DNA of 63,538 bases, the filler included, from Octopus bimaculoides (taxonomy: Eukaryota): NCBI RefSeq assembly GCF_001194135.2. It is 7 parts of 7 records of this genome, joined end to end, with 100 filler letters (N's around TTAATTAATTAA, not from the genome) between each part and the next. Parts side by side here need not be neighbours in the genome. Positions count along the whole stretch, not along the records: positions 35,562 to 43,170 come from NC_068981.1; positions 43,271 to 50,294 come from NC_068983.1; 5 more parts are not named here. The stretch is one strand, 5' to 3'. Made by a program: the position numbers and the translations under genes. The notes beneath the pieces are model-generated. The model saw nothing but the letters and a program-made list of their open reading frames with translations. It was not told the origin of the DNA and did not search any database. Below are positions 36,471 through 49,356 of this stretch, in pieces; within the stretch, counting starts at the first letter, position 1, and each line of letters begins with the position of its first letter.

Positions 36471-37849
36471 CACACACACACACACACAAACATACACACG
36501 TACACACACATATTTCTTATTTTGTTCATACGTATATATCTGTATATTTTAATCTATGTAGGCGCAGGAGTGGCTGTGTGGTAAGTAACNNNNNNNNNNN
36601 NNNNNNNNNNNNNNNNNNNNNNNNNNNNNNNNNNNNNNNNNNNNNNNNNNNNNNNNNNNNNNNNNNNNNNNNNNNNNNNNNNNNNNNNNNNNNNNNNNNN
36701 NNNNNNNNNNNNNNNNNNNNNNNNNNNNNNNNNNNNNNNNNNNNNNNNNNNNNNNNNNNNNNNNNNNNNNNNNNNNNNNNNNNNNNNNNNNNNNNNNNNN
36801 NNNNNNNNNNNNNNNNNNNNNNNNNNNNNNNNNNNNNNNNNNNNNNNNNNNNNNNNNNNNNNNNNNNNNNNNNNNNNNNNNNNNNNNNNNNNNNNNNNNN
36901 NNNNNNNNNNNNNNNNNNNNNNNNNNNNNNNNNNNNNNNNNNNNNNNNNNNNNNNNNNNNNNNNNNNNNNNNNNNNNNNNNNNNNNNNNNNNNNNNNNNN
37001 NNNNNNNNNNNNNNNNNNNNNNNNNNNNNNNNNNNNNNNNNNNNNNNNNNNNNNNNNNNNNNNNNNNNNNNNNNNNNNNNNNNNGAAAGAGCAGCCGCGT
37101 TTCATATTGTTTATATGTATGTGTGCGTGTCCCGATTGCGTGTATGAGATCTGTCCAAGAAAAATCAAATGGAAAATCCTGGAATGTTTTATGGCCTTCA
37201 ACTGTCGTTCTAATCAGTTGTATTTGTACAATGCAAATCAATTTACTCTGTTCATTCTTCGAGAGAGCTCCAGAATTACGTAACTTAGATATGCATGTAC
37301 GCTCGTTCGAATATTCCTTGTGTGCGTGCATGTGTGTATGTGGTAGTGGAGAATGGTGGTGATGGTGGTGGGATTGCCCTCAGTGAGTGTTCTAACTAAA
37401 AAAGGTTGATTAGTTATTCGATGTGTTGTCGAGCGAACAAGTGACAGATGTTTCTGCTTCGCATGTTAAATCATTGTAGCCCGTCATCCGGAAATTATTA
37501 AAATATCGCCTTCTTGTGCCATTTCCTCCATTCTAAATGGTGAGTGCGCAGAGGTGCCTACCCAGCTGTAGTATGTGTTTTGTCAATGAAGCATGACAAG
37601 GACGTGTGCTGGTCCTGCGTTTTCAATTTATATTCATGGCTGTTTTATCAGCAAATCTCTGTGTTTCAACGGGTAAATTGTATGGATTTACATACACCAC
37701 TGTTTAATAGAACATTGTTGGAGCAATCTGTCTTTCTGTGATTACATACATACATAAAAACATACATACATACATAAAAACATACATACATACATACATA
37801 CATACATACTCATAATAAAAAAAGGGTACTGGTTGAATGTCCCCGCGAA

Positions 37850-38190
37850 AACCTCAATAAAATATTAACATAATAGACCTGACATAGCAATTTGGGACAA
37901 AGAAGAGAAACTGTGTACAGTTGTTGAAATCAGCTGGCCAGCAGATGTTAATATAAAGCTAAAGATCAGCGTAAAAGAAAATACCTACGCTGAACTATTG
38001 AGAAATCTACAATTACACTATCCAGATGAGAAGTTCCGGTTTATACCTGTAATTATTGGAGCGCTGGGATATGCAACGCACTACCTAAGTATCAATCTTG
38101 AGAAATTAGGTTTCTCAAAACCAGAAAGTAGAAAGCTGTTTCGAAGACTACAGATCCAAACTATCACTGGAACTAAGAATCGATAAAACT
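37850..38190 (+). pseudogene. R4/Dong-like REL endonuclease domain fragment
   Basis: HNRPDIAIWDKEEKLCTVVEISWPADVN...KENTYAELLRNLQ...FIPVIIGALG contains the PD-(D/E)xK-type motif of REL-encoding LINEs. Confidence 0.85.
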
Positions 38191-38210
38191 CACCAGAAGT
38201 GAGTATATAT

Positions 38211-38410
38211 TCGCCATGATAGATCGCTAACCACTACACACATGTTTTTTCTCTCTTTGTTTCTCTTTGTGTGTTCCTTTCTGTGGAAGAGCGTAGGCTC
38301 GAAACGTTAAAGACTTTTCCACTTCCCGAGCGTTATACTAATACATCTGTTTGTTTTCTACACCACCTGTCTTCGTCTGTTGTGTTTTTGTGAATTCTCT
38401 CTCTATATAT
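38211..38410 (+). mobile_element. Short repeat (Penelope pseudo-LTR-like) carrying a hammerhead-like motif, copy 1
   Basis: Homologous over ~200 bp to the minus-strand copy at 50423-50640. Contains CTTT-CTGTGGAA-GAGC GTAG GCTC-GAAAC-GTT-AAAG at 38277-38312. Confidence 0.6.
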
Positions 38411-38963
38411 GCGCATATCTAGACATGCAACTATATATGAGAATACATACATACATACATACATACATACATACATGCATACATACATACATGCATGGAT
38501 GCATGCATACATACATACATACATGCATGCATGCATGCATACATACATACATACATACATACATACATACATACGTACATACATACGTACATACCCTGAT
38601 GATGTTGAAATTCTATTGAAGGAGCCTTGGATCTAGGTTAGAAACTGGCTCTTTCTGTATTGGCAGGAAATCTTGAAATAAAAGTGAATAATGAAATACA
38701 TACATACTTAAATAGAAAGGAGAAAGCTGATTCGAAGACTAGAGATTCAGGTTGTCATTGGAACTGTAAAAATTTGTAAAACTTTTACCATCTAAGTATA
38801 TATGAGTATGTGTAGACATGTCATTATATGCATGCGAATACACATAAAACAAAACATACAAATACTGCACACATACACACATACATGCAAAAAATACCCT
38901 TTTGATGCTAGTGAGACCTCAATGAAGGGGCCTTGGATCTCTGCTAGAAACAGGCTCTTTATT

Positions 38964-39190
38964 TCTTTATTGCCCACAAAGAGCTAAACATAGAGGGGAC
39001 AAACAAGGACAGACAAACGGATTAAGTCGATTACAGCAACCCCAGTGCGTAACTGGTACTTATTTAATCGACCCAGAAAGGATGAAAGGCAAAGTCCACC
39101 TCGGCGGAATTTGAACTCAGAACGTAGCGGGAGACGAAATACCGCTAAGCATTTCGCCCGGCATGTTAATGATTATGCCAGCTCGCCGCC
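38964..39190 (-). mobile_element. SINE family C with TSD, inserted in another short repeat
   Basis: 9-bp TSD CTCTTTATT at 38955-38963 and 39191-39199. The host repeat is homologous to 38595-38710. Confidence 0.85.
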
Positions 39191-39401
39191 CTCTTTATTG
39201 GCAATAGATCTTGAAAGAAAACTGAATAATGACATACATACATATACAGAACCGACATCGATTTTCTGGAACCTTTGGTTCCAAAGTTTTTTCTGGATTA
39301 TTGATCTTTCTGAACTAGGGTTGGTCACTTCTAGAGGGAACAAATATTAAATTTACTTCGACAATTAAAGGAAATACAGGTATCCGTACATTAGTACAGA
39401 T

Positions 39402-39699
39402 CAGTGGTTCCCAAACTTTTTCAGGTTGCAGCCCCCTTAGCACCTAGGTCACATTCCTAGCGCCCCCTCATCCGCCCCGCTACAAATATAGACCAATTCC
39501 TGCAGCAAATTCAAAACAACTGTATTTTACAAATAAAACTTAAACCTAATTAAACTATTAATATATTTTTTTACATCTATCATCCCATTTTGGCCACCTC
39601 ATTTTGGCAACCCCATTATCATTCCATTTTTCTTCAACGCCACCTGGATCTTTTCCACCTCCCCCAAGGGGATAGTACTGTCCACTTTGGGAACCACTG
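39402..39699. mobile_element. hAT (Charlie-like) MITE
   Basis: 14-bp TIRs CAGTGGTTCCCAAA / TTTGGGAACCACTG. The 8-bp flanks (gtacagat / tacaagtt) are not a clean TSD. Confidence 0.75.
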
Positions 39700-40250
39700 T
39701 ACAAGTTACTAAGNNNNNNNNNNNNNNNNNNNNNNNNNNNNNNNNNNNNNNNNNNNNNNNNNNNNNNNNNNNNNNNNNNNNNNNNNNNNNNNNNNNNNNN
39801 NNNNNNNNNNNNNNNNNNNNNNNNNNNNNNNNNNNNNNNNNNNNNNNNNNNNNNNNNNNNNNNNNNNNNNNNNNNNNNNNNNNNNNNNNNNNNNNNNNNN
39901 NNNNNNNNNNNNNNNNNNNNNNNNNNNNNNNNNNNNNNNNNNNNNNNNNNNNNNNNNNNNNNNNNNNNNNNNNNNNNNNNNNNNNNNNNNNNNNNNNNNN
40001 NNNNNNNNNNNNNNNNNNNNNNNNNNNNNNNNNNNNNNNNNNNNNNNNNNNNNNNNNNNNNNNNNNNNNNNNNNNNNNNNNNNNNNNNNNNNNNNNNNNN
40101 NNNNNNNNNNNNNNNNNNNNNNNNNNNNNNNNNNNNNNNNNNNNNNNNNNNNNNNNNNNNNNNNNNNNNNNNNNNNNNNNNNNNNNNNNNNNNNNNNNNN
40201 NNNNNNNNNNNNNNNNNNNNNNNNNNNNNNNNNNNNNNNTATATATATAC

Positions 40251-40290
<40 letters not shown>

Positions 40291-41060
40291 ATCTATATAC
40301 ACATATATATATGGATATATACATAAATATATATGTATGTATATATACACATATATACATATATACATATAAATATAAATACGTGTGTGTGTGTGAACCC
40401 TGCAATGTGAACAGATGTAAAAGTGAGATCGTTTTCGTCAAAAATTCTTATCATTTTTACTTCTCCTTAATTATGGCTTAACTCATTAACATGTAACAGA
40501 TTCTCTTTTAATCCTATCATTAACTTAAATTTTTTTATTGTATATATTATATATTATTTGACTGTTATTGAGTCGTTTCCTTTGTCTACTCTTTTTCAAT
40601 GACGTGTCTAACTTCATATTTGCTTATCTTCGCTTTATCTCATAAACTTAATCGTTTTGTTGTGTTACACACACACACACACACACACACAAACAAACAC
40701 ACACACACACACACATCATGGACAGTGGTTACTATCGTTGGCTATCAGTTTCCTTCGGACCAATAGCTACGTCAATGCATTTCCGATGACAAGAGTAGTA
40801 AGTGTAGCGTCTTGTCTTCAGTTTTGGTGGATGAAAGAAGATAACTGTCCAATGCACTGTTGAAAGCGGAAAGAACACAACCAGAACTTGTCACCTTGTG
40901 CTATAACGAATGAAAAGGTTTTCACAAAAGGTGACAGTGTAATTGTTTAGCTCTAGGTCAACTCTGATTTAGCAGATAATACGATCAAAGTGTTTACCTC
41001 CTTGGCACAGAGTATCCAGGATACCTTATCCAATAGGTTTCTCAGTTTTTTTTTCATGTA

Positions 41061-41505
41061 TACTCTTTACTCTTTTACTCTTTTACATGTTTCAGTCATT
41101 TGACTGTGGCCATGCTGGAGCACCGCCTTTAGTCGAGCAAATCGACCCCAGGACTTATTCTTTGGATGCCTAGTACTTTTTCTATCGGTCTCTTTTGCCG
41201 AACCGCTATGTGACGGGGACATAAACACACCAGCATCGGTTGTCAAGCAATGGTAGGGGGACAAACACTGACACACAAACACACACACATACACACACAC
41301 ACACACATACACACACACACACACATACATATACACATATACGACGGGCTTCTTTCAGTTTCCGTCTACCAAATCCACTCACAAGGCTTTGGTCGGCCCG
41401 AGGCTATAGTAGAAGACACTTGCCCAAGATGCCACGCAGTAGGACTGAACCCGAAACCATGTGGTTGGTAAACAAGCTACTTACCACACAGCCACTCCTG
41501 CGCCT
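41061..41505 (-). mobile_element. SINE family A, full length
   Basis: Complete head, core, (CA)n spacer, tail and (AAAAGAGT)n end on the minus strand. Confidence 0.9.
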
Positions 41506-41560
41506 ATGTATGTGGATTTGAAAGAGAGTTTTTTTTCTATATCATGTATATGAAACATCC

Positions 41561-41877
41561 TGTGGAGGCACGTGGCTTAGATATTCGGCTCGCGATCGTA
41601 AGGTCGTGAGTTCCATTCCCAGCGACGCGTTGTGTCTTGAGCAAGATACTTCATTTCCTGTTTCTCCAGTCCACCCAGCTGGCAAAGATGAGTTGTACCA
41701 GTAATTCAAAGGGCCATCCTCGACAATTTCTGTGTCATGCTGTATCGCTCTGAAAACTACGTTAAGGGTACGCGTGGTGCAAATGGAGTGCTCAGCCGCT
41801 TGCAACATTAACTTCACGAGCAGGTTGTTCCGTCGATCGGATTGTCGAGAGCACTCGTCGTAACCGACGGAGTGTCA
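41561..41877 (+). mobile_element. Chimeric SINE: family D head/core with family B tail
   Basis: tgtgtcttgagcaagatacttcatttcc core followed by actacgttaagggtac...cacgagcagg...gacggagtg, the tail of family B. Confidence 0.7.
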
Positions 41878-42215
41878 GTTATATCAAATATCCCACGCAA
41901 AGAGTCCTTCAAATACCTGTGATAACAAGTGGAAGAGAGAATGAGAGTTTGTGAGGAGCTTCATTAGCCGTTTATAGTTGTAGTATTGGAGGCAAAACAA
42001 GCAGCGAATGCAGTGGTTTTATATGCAGGAGTGCTACGTACAGAGTCATCATGGTTGAACTGCGTCTGATAAGAGGACACAGCACACTTTGTAAAGGTCC
42101 TTTTTGCATGAGAACAGAATTCCCAGTTGCTATTTGGTAGCTGTGAAAATTTCTAAACGATAAAGGACACAATGAAACCACACATTGTGTCCATTAATAT
42201 ATTATATTTGTTAAG

Positions 42216-42635
42216 TAAGGCGGCAAAATGCTTCGTGGTATTTCGTCAGTCTTTATGTTCTGAGTTCAAATTCCGCCGAGGTCGACTTTGCCTTTCATCC
42301 TTTCGGGGTCGATAAATTAAGTACCAGTTGCGTACTGGGGTCGATCTAATCGACTAGTCCCCTCCCTCAAAATTTCGAGTCTTGTGCCTAGAGTAGAAAA
42401 GAATATATTATATTTGTTAAGTAAGGCGGCGAGCTGTTAGAATCGTCAGCACGCCGGGCAAAATGCTTCGATGTATTTAGTCCGTTTTTACATTCTGGGT
42501 TCAAATTTCGCAGAGGTCAACTTTGCCTTTCGTCCTTTCGGAGTAGATAAAATTAGTATCAGTCAAGTATTAGAGTCGATGTAATCGACCTACCCTTCCA
42601 TCGAAATTGCAGGCCTTGTGCCAAAATTTGAAATT
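42216..42635 (+). mobile_element. Two tandem SINE family C copies
   Basis: Copies at ~42216-42401 and ~42422-42635; AATATATTATATTTGTTAAG precedes each. Confidence 0.85.
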
Positions 42636-42864
42636 AATATATTATTAGTTAACAGGACGCGTTTCAATTTGAGGCGGGATACTGTCAATTATATCAAGCC
42701 TTGTGCTTGTCTTTTTTTTCCCCTTAATTTTTACCTTCTCTACTGTACTACGCACTGTAGTCTTCCCTATCATATGAGAAGGGGTTAATCTCTCGCTTAC
42801 CCCTTCTTCATTTCTAGAGAAAGGATGCTGCTGAGTGGTTTCCCACTTTGTTGCAGTGCCATGT

Positions 42865-43170
42865 GTGGAGGCGCAATTGCCCAGTGGTTAGGGCAGCGGA
42901 CTCGCGGTCGTAGGATCGCGGTTTCGATTCCCAGACCGGGCGTTGTGAGCGTTTATTGAGCGAAAACACCTAAAGCTCCACGAGGCTCAGACAGGGGATG
43001 GTGGCGAATCCTGCTGTACTCCTTCACCACAACTTTCTCTCATTCTTTCTTCCTGTTTCTGTTGTACCTGTATTTCAAAGGGCCAGCCTTGTCACACTCT
43101 GTGTCACGCTGAATCTCCCCGAGAACTACGTTAAAGGTACATGTGTCTGTGGAGTGCTCAGCCACTTGCA
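42865..43170 (+). mobile_element. SINE family B, ends in gap
   Basis: Near-identical to 13861-14170. Confidence 0.9.
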
Positions 43171-43270
43171 NNNNNNNNNNNNNNNNNNNNNNNNNNNNNN
43201 NNNNNNNNNNNNNNTTAATTAATTAANNNNNNNNNNNNNNNNNNNNNNNNNNNNNNNNNNNNNNNNNNNN

Positions 43271-43317
<47 letters not shown>

Positions 43318-43797
43318 GAATCTATGTATGTATGTAAATTCATTTTATGTCTTACTTTTGTCTCTGACTACATTCATTAATGTTGTAATTAATTGTATTC
43401 GTTATTCAATGTTGCTGACATTGTATTTCTCGTTGTCGTCCGCCTAGTTATAATTGTTGCTGATAATATCGATATTGTTTTTTTTGTTTTTGTTTATCAC
43501 TACAACTCCCATTGCTACGCCACCACCGCCACCGCCCTCACCAACATGACCGTCTAAAGCGGTCAGTGTTTCGATCTTGTAAAACATGAAACCCGACCAT
43601 TAAGGGTCTTTCCAGCTGTGATCATGTTGTCAATGCTTCAATCGTTCTTTTTTCTCAGAACATGCGAAAAAGAAAGAAAAAAAGCTTGTTATCCGGGACT
43701 TAACAACATTATCCAATATGTCCGTCAGAAACAGGACCTTTCTCTGTACGTGTGTATGTTTCTTGTGTGCGCTTGTGAAAGGGAGCGTGTGTACGTG

Positions 43798-43846
<49 letters not shown>

Positions 43847-44021
43847 TTATCTATCTATCTATATGTCTGTCTATCTATCTATCTATTTATCTATCTATCT
43901 GTCTGTCTATATATTTATCTATAGTTGAAAAAAGAGAGATTTATACAAATCAAATTTTTATATATAATAAAGATAGAGGTGGAAATAGCAATGTATATAT
44001 AAAGCCATGTGTTTACAAACA

Positions 44022-44069
<48 letters not shown>

Positions 44070-44984
44070 NNNNNNNNNNNNNNNNNNNNNNNNNNNNNNN
44101 NNNNNNNNNNNNNNNNNNNNNNNNNNNNNNNNNNNNNNNNNNNNNNNNNNNNNNNNNNNNNNNNNNNNNNNNNNNNNNNNNNNNNNNNNNNNNNNNNNNN
44201 NNNNNNNNNNNNNNNNNNNNNNNNNNNNNNNNNNNNNNNNNNNNNNNNNNNNNNNNNNNNNNNNNNNNNNNNNNNNNNNNNNNNNNNNNNNNNNNNNNNN
44301 NNNNNNNNNNNNNNNNNNNNNNNNNNNNNNNNNNNNNNNNNNNNNNNNNNNNNNNNNNNNNNNNNNNNNNNNNNNNNNNNNNNNNNNNNNNNNNNNNNNN
44401 NNNNNNNNNNNNNNNNNNNNNNNNNNNNNNNNNNNNNNNNNNNNNNNNNNNNNNNNNNNNNNNNNNNNNNNNNNNNNNNNNNNNNNNNNNNNNNNNNNNN
44501 NNNNNNNNNNNNNNNNNNNNNNNNNNNNNNNNNNNNNNNNNNNNNNNNNNNNNNNNNNNNNNNNNNNNNNNNNNNNNNNNNNATATATATATATATATAT
44601 AGCTACGTTGTTGAATGCCTCCAGCTGTAGGAAAGGTGTGTACTTTGAAGGAGATTCAGGCTTATTTGCTTTCAGTTGCGACTGAGTTGAGAGCCATCTC
44701 TTCCCTTTGAAACAACGTTTTATCAACATAATCCAATGAGATGGATTATAGTAGGATACGGTAAGCTTGAGAAGACCACAGGATTGGAGTAAGTTACATG
44801 ATTTGTCATTGTTATTCATGATTATATCAATGAAATACAAATTATATATTTAGGGAAATTCATCTGCCGATAGAAACCCCTTTCCGTTTAAAATATGGTT
44901 TTAGTGTTTGATCTATGAACACAACCCCAAATAACGAAAACATTACTGTTAAATAAAGAAAGACAGGGGTTATTATAAGATTAT

Positions 44985-46427
44985 TATAAGGCGCTGCAGA
45001 TCGATGGTGGGACAACATTCATTGCGTTGTGTCTTCCGGTTCTGTGTAATGAGTTCAAACTTTACCGAGTTCGGCTTTCGTTATCATCTTTCTGAGGTCG
45101 ACAAAATAAAGTACCGATCAAATGCTAACCGTTTTCTCCCTGTGATCTTGCGTTGAAATTATTATTATTATTATTATTATTATTATTGTTATTACTAATT
45201 GTTGATACTGACGCACGCGCACAACTTTGAGGTGTTTTAAGGGTCACGGATGTTTAGATTCACCGCAGTATATGACTGGTACAGTCTTTCCTTTATTCGT
45301 GAACAATACAAGTCAAAGCTGACCCCTACTGAGATTTGAACTTAGTACGCAAAGGGACGTAACTTAAATACTAAAAATTATTTTTGTCTGCCGCTTAACC
45401 ACTTTCGCAGTCCATTCATTGTGCGAGCAATCATTATATTATTGTTAAAAAGTTGGAGCTCGCCGAGTTGGCGGAATCGTTAGCGCAGTGGACAAAACGT
45501 TTAGCGGTATTTCCTTTAAAGACCTTTGCGCTCTGAGTTCAAATTCCGTCGAAATTGATTTAACCTTTCATTGTTTCGAGGTCGATAAAACAAGTACCAG
45601 TCAAGTACCGAGGTCGATGTAATCGAATTGCTCCCATCCCTCAACTATAATTATAAAGCTGCGGCTCTTTCCATCCCGAATGCAGACCGCGCCGAGGTCA
45701 GCTTAATGTTTTACCCTTCTGGGACCGATAATGAAAGACGTTTGCCAAATACTGAGGTCGATTTAAACATACAAAATCCCACTCCACTTCCGAAACGTGT
45801 GTCCTTGTGTATATGTTTAGAAACCAATGCTAGAAAGACGGTGGGGATACAGACATGATAAGGTACACAATAAAATAGGGTGCCGGATAAAACAGCAAAT
45901 GTTATTTAGTTATGCCCCTTTACATTCTCCGTTCACAAATCGGTAAGGTAGACTTGGCATTTCATTTCTTCTGAGTCGATAAGATAATGTACTAATAAAG
46001 AAGTGAGGTCGATGTGATCGATATATGAACTGCCCCCCTCTGCCCCTCCGCTCGTAATTTTTGACTTATTTTAGAAATATACGCTTTTATCAAAAATTTT
46101 AAAAACTTCCTGGGAAACAGAAATGATACACAGAACCATATAGTCCTGGAATTGAGAATGTTAAGCACCTGATAGGTAAAGACTGAGGCCGGTTTAACCG
46201 ATTATTCCAACGCTTCAATAATAACAATTAATACTAACTAATAATAATAATGCCTTCAAATAAGGTTAGCAATTTTAAGTGAAGGGGGAAGTCGATTAGT
46301 ACATGTTTTATCGACCCCGAAAGAATGAAAGACAAAGTCGACCTCGGCGGCATTTGTCCAAAGCCGCGGAAGAAATGCTGCCAAACTGTTTGTCCGATGC
46401 GCTTACAATCCTGCCAGGTTCGCCGCC

Positions 46428-46430
<3 letters not shown>
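44985..46430. mobile_element. Cluster of about six diverged SINE family C copies in both orientations
   Basis: Repeated gaggtcga(c/t)...aagtacc and gagttcaaa motifs near 45050, 45330 (-), 45530, 45720, 45970 and 46330 (-). Confidence 0.7.
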
Positions 46431-46491
<61 letters not shown>

Positions 46492-46510
46492 AAATAATTA
46501 TAACAATAAC

Positions 46511-46604
<94 letters not shown>

Positions 46605-47170
46605 TAAAGGATTATTAATTTGCTTATATACATCAGTTTTCTTCAAAAATATGCGATGCTTATTTAACTAATGGTTAAGTGGAATAGTTTTAGAATCATT
46701 ATTTAGTAGTCATTAACGAGAGATATAATTAATCAAATGTAGACGGGATAAGATTATTGTAATTTATAACTGAGACGAAAAGACAATATTCGGGGGAAGT
46801 GAATTAATGGAGTCAATATTTCTCAGTGACAATAAATTTTAATTTCGGGACAGGTTACAAGATATGAGGTAGGTGAGATTTTTGATAGGGATTGCCAATA
46901 TGAAGCACAAATATGGGCCACAATGGTCGGGAATTAAATCAACTGTAGGGAAATGGGTACATTGCTGGTAATTTGTTTTCTCAAATTCCTAAGGAATGAA
47001 ATGCAAAATTAAGCTAATTCAGGGGCAGATGAAACTATGAAAGCCATTTTGAACTGTCTTTATATATTTTCCACCATTCATACGTGCCGTAATGACAGCA
47101 CCTTCATATATATGTGTGTGTGTGTGCGTGTGTGTATATATGTATGTATGTATGTATGTAAATATATAAG

Positions 47171-47231
<61 letters not shown>

Positions 47232-47658
47232 TTAGATAATCCTATCAGGTGGTGCTATTAAGTTAGGCATGGCCTGGACCAATCTTTGGTCGAAACATAT
47301 CTAAGTTTATGTATGTATATATATATATGTCTGTGTGTGTGTGTGTGTGTGTGTGTGCGTCTGTGCGCGCGCGCGTGTATACCTATGTATATATATGTAC
47401 GTTATAATTGTATGTATATATAGATATTCGTATATGTATATATGTATTTTCAAATACATATACATGCATGTGTATACCCTATGCATATATGTACATACAT
47501 GAATATATGTATTATCTATAACACACGCGCGCGCGCGCACAACACGTAATCAAATTATATATACATATGTAATTTGAACCAGTCAGTGTACATGCTAATG
47601 TAATAAGAAAAAATAAGTACTTTATACTCTGCAAGAAGGAAAAATCAACGCAACAATG

Positions 47659-47704
<46 letters not shown>

Positions 47705-47807
47705 GTGNNNNNNNNNNNNNNNNNNNNNNNNNNNNNNNNNNNNNNNNNNNNNNNNNNNNNNNNNNNNNNNNNNNNNNNNNNNNNNNNNNNNNNNNNNNNN
47801 NNNNNNN

Positions 47808-47843
<36 letters not shown>

Positions 47844-48344
47844 ATGTATATGTTTATATATTTGTGTGTGTATATATATATATGTAAAAATACATATATG
47901 TTTTTATAGATGTTATATACATACACATATTGTATACATGATAGGCACACACATATATATGTATATCTCTGTGTGTGCGCGCACGTCCTCATTCATATAC
48001 ATACGCTCGTACACACACACACACACACTGACACACACACACCCACGCACACACTCACGCTCACACACACATGCACTCACATATCTCTCTCATTTCGAGA
48101 TCCATCGAAATTTGTCGATTTCGCCTTTTAGATGAAAGTGATGTAGTATGAATTTTTATTATCCTAGTTATTTATCAACCTTTGATCATGTCGACATTAC
48201 GACCGCGGAACTTAAATTCTGAGAATGTATCGTCAAATTTATTCCGCTTCGAGTCAGTGTAGTTTGTGATACGAGAATCGTGTTATGAGTTCTGTTATCA
48301 TGGACGGAAAACATGGCCAGTTGAACGTGACATCAACAATCGGG

Positions 48345-48560
48345 TTTATGTATAGAGTTCTTTCGAAATTTGGTACAAGGCCAGCAGTTTGAAATCGTTG
48401 GGCATCGATTACCACGACCTCAGTAATTGCCTGGTACTTATTTTATCGATCTCCAGAACTTAATTGGTACTTCTGTTATCGAACCAGGAAAAAATGAAAG
48501 GCAAATTCGACCTCGGAGGCATTTAAACTCAGAACGTAAACAGCCAAAAGAAATGTTGAG
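48345..48560 (-). mobile_element. SINE family C, diverged
   Basis: ctggtacttattttatcg and gaaaggcaaattcgacctcggaggcatttaaactcagaacg. Confidence 0.7.
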
Positions 48561-49300
48561 AAACAGCACGGTAATGTCTCTGCCGGTATATTGTTATAAA
48601 TACAGAACAAAAGTCATTCCTACCATGGCCATCCACTCAATATACTTTTAAAACTGTTAATTTATCTACGATTGTTTATTTATTGTTTGCCTTATTATAA
48701 ATACATTATTATATGATTTGAGCGTAAATTTTCTCCCATTTTAGAGTCTTCGGCATTGGGTCCTAATAAAGTAATATTGTGATTAAAGACATTCCAAACG
48801 TGACCAAACCCTCTTATTTTTCAAGAAAGTTTCACATTATCGAAAGTGTTCTTTTACTTATAAAAAATCGCATGGGCGTCATTTTGAGGAGAGACATGGC
48901 TTCTGTTTTTAGCATGTCCAAAAGACTTCCATGTCTATTGGGATGCTTGTTATCTTTGGCGTTGACAACGTTGATGGAAATGGTTGAAGATATGTGCGCT
49001 GAATGCTGTGTAGACTTTGTTTTGATACAGTACATATACATACATATGTATATACATATAATTATATATAAATAAATAAATATATATATGTGGATATACA
49101 TATATAATATGTATATATATACATATNNNNNNNNNNNNNNNNNNNNNNNNTATATATATATATGTATGTATGAATGTATGTATATATATATATGTATATA
49201 TACATATATACATATAAATATATATATATATATATTTACATCCATACATATATATATGTATATATATATATTGTATATTATTGCTGTATATTTATATGTG

Positions 49301-49356
<56 letters not shown>

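Noticed and set aside
38595-38710. CTGATGA...GAAA repeat as a second hammerhead
   Set aside because: The core is not retained in the homologous copy at ~38895 (ttgatgc), and there is no NUH triplet before the putative stem I.
40889-40936. Small hairpin tgtcaccttgtg...cacaaaaggtgaca
   Set aside because: Only ~12 bp with a large weak loop; within chance expectation.
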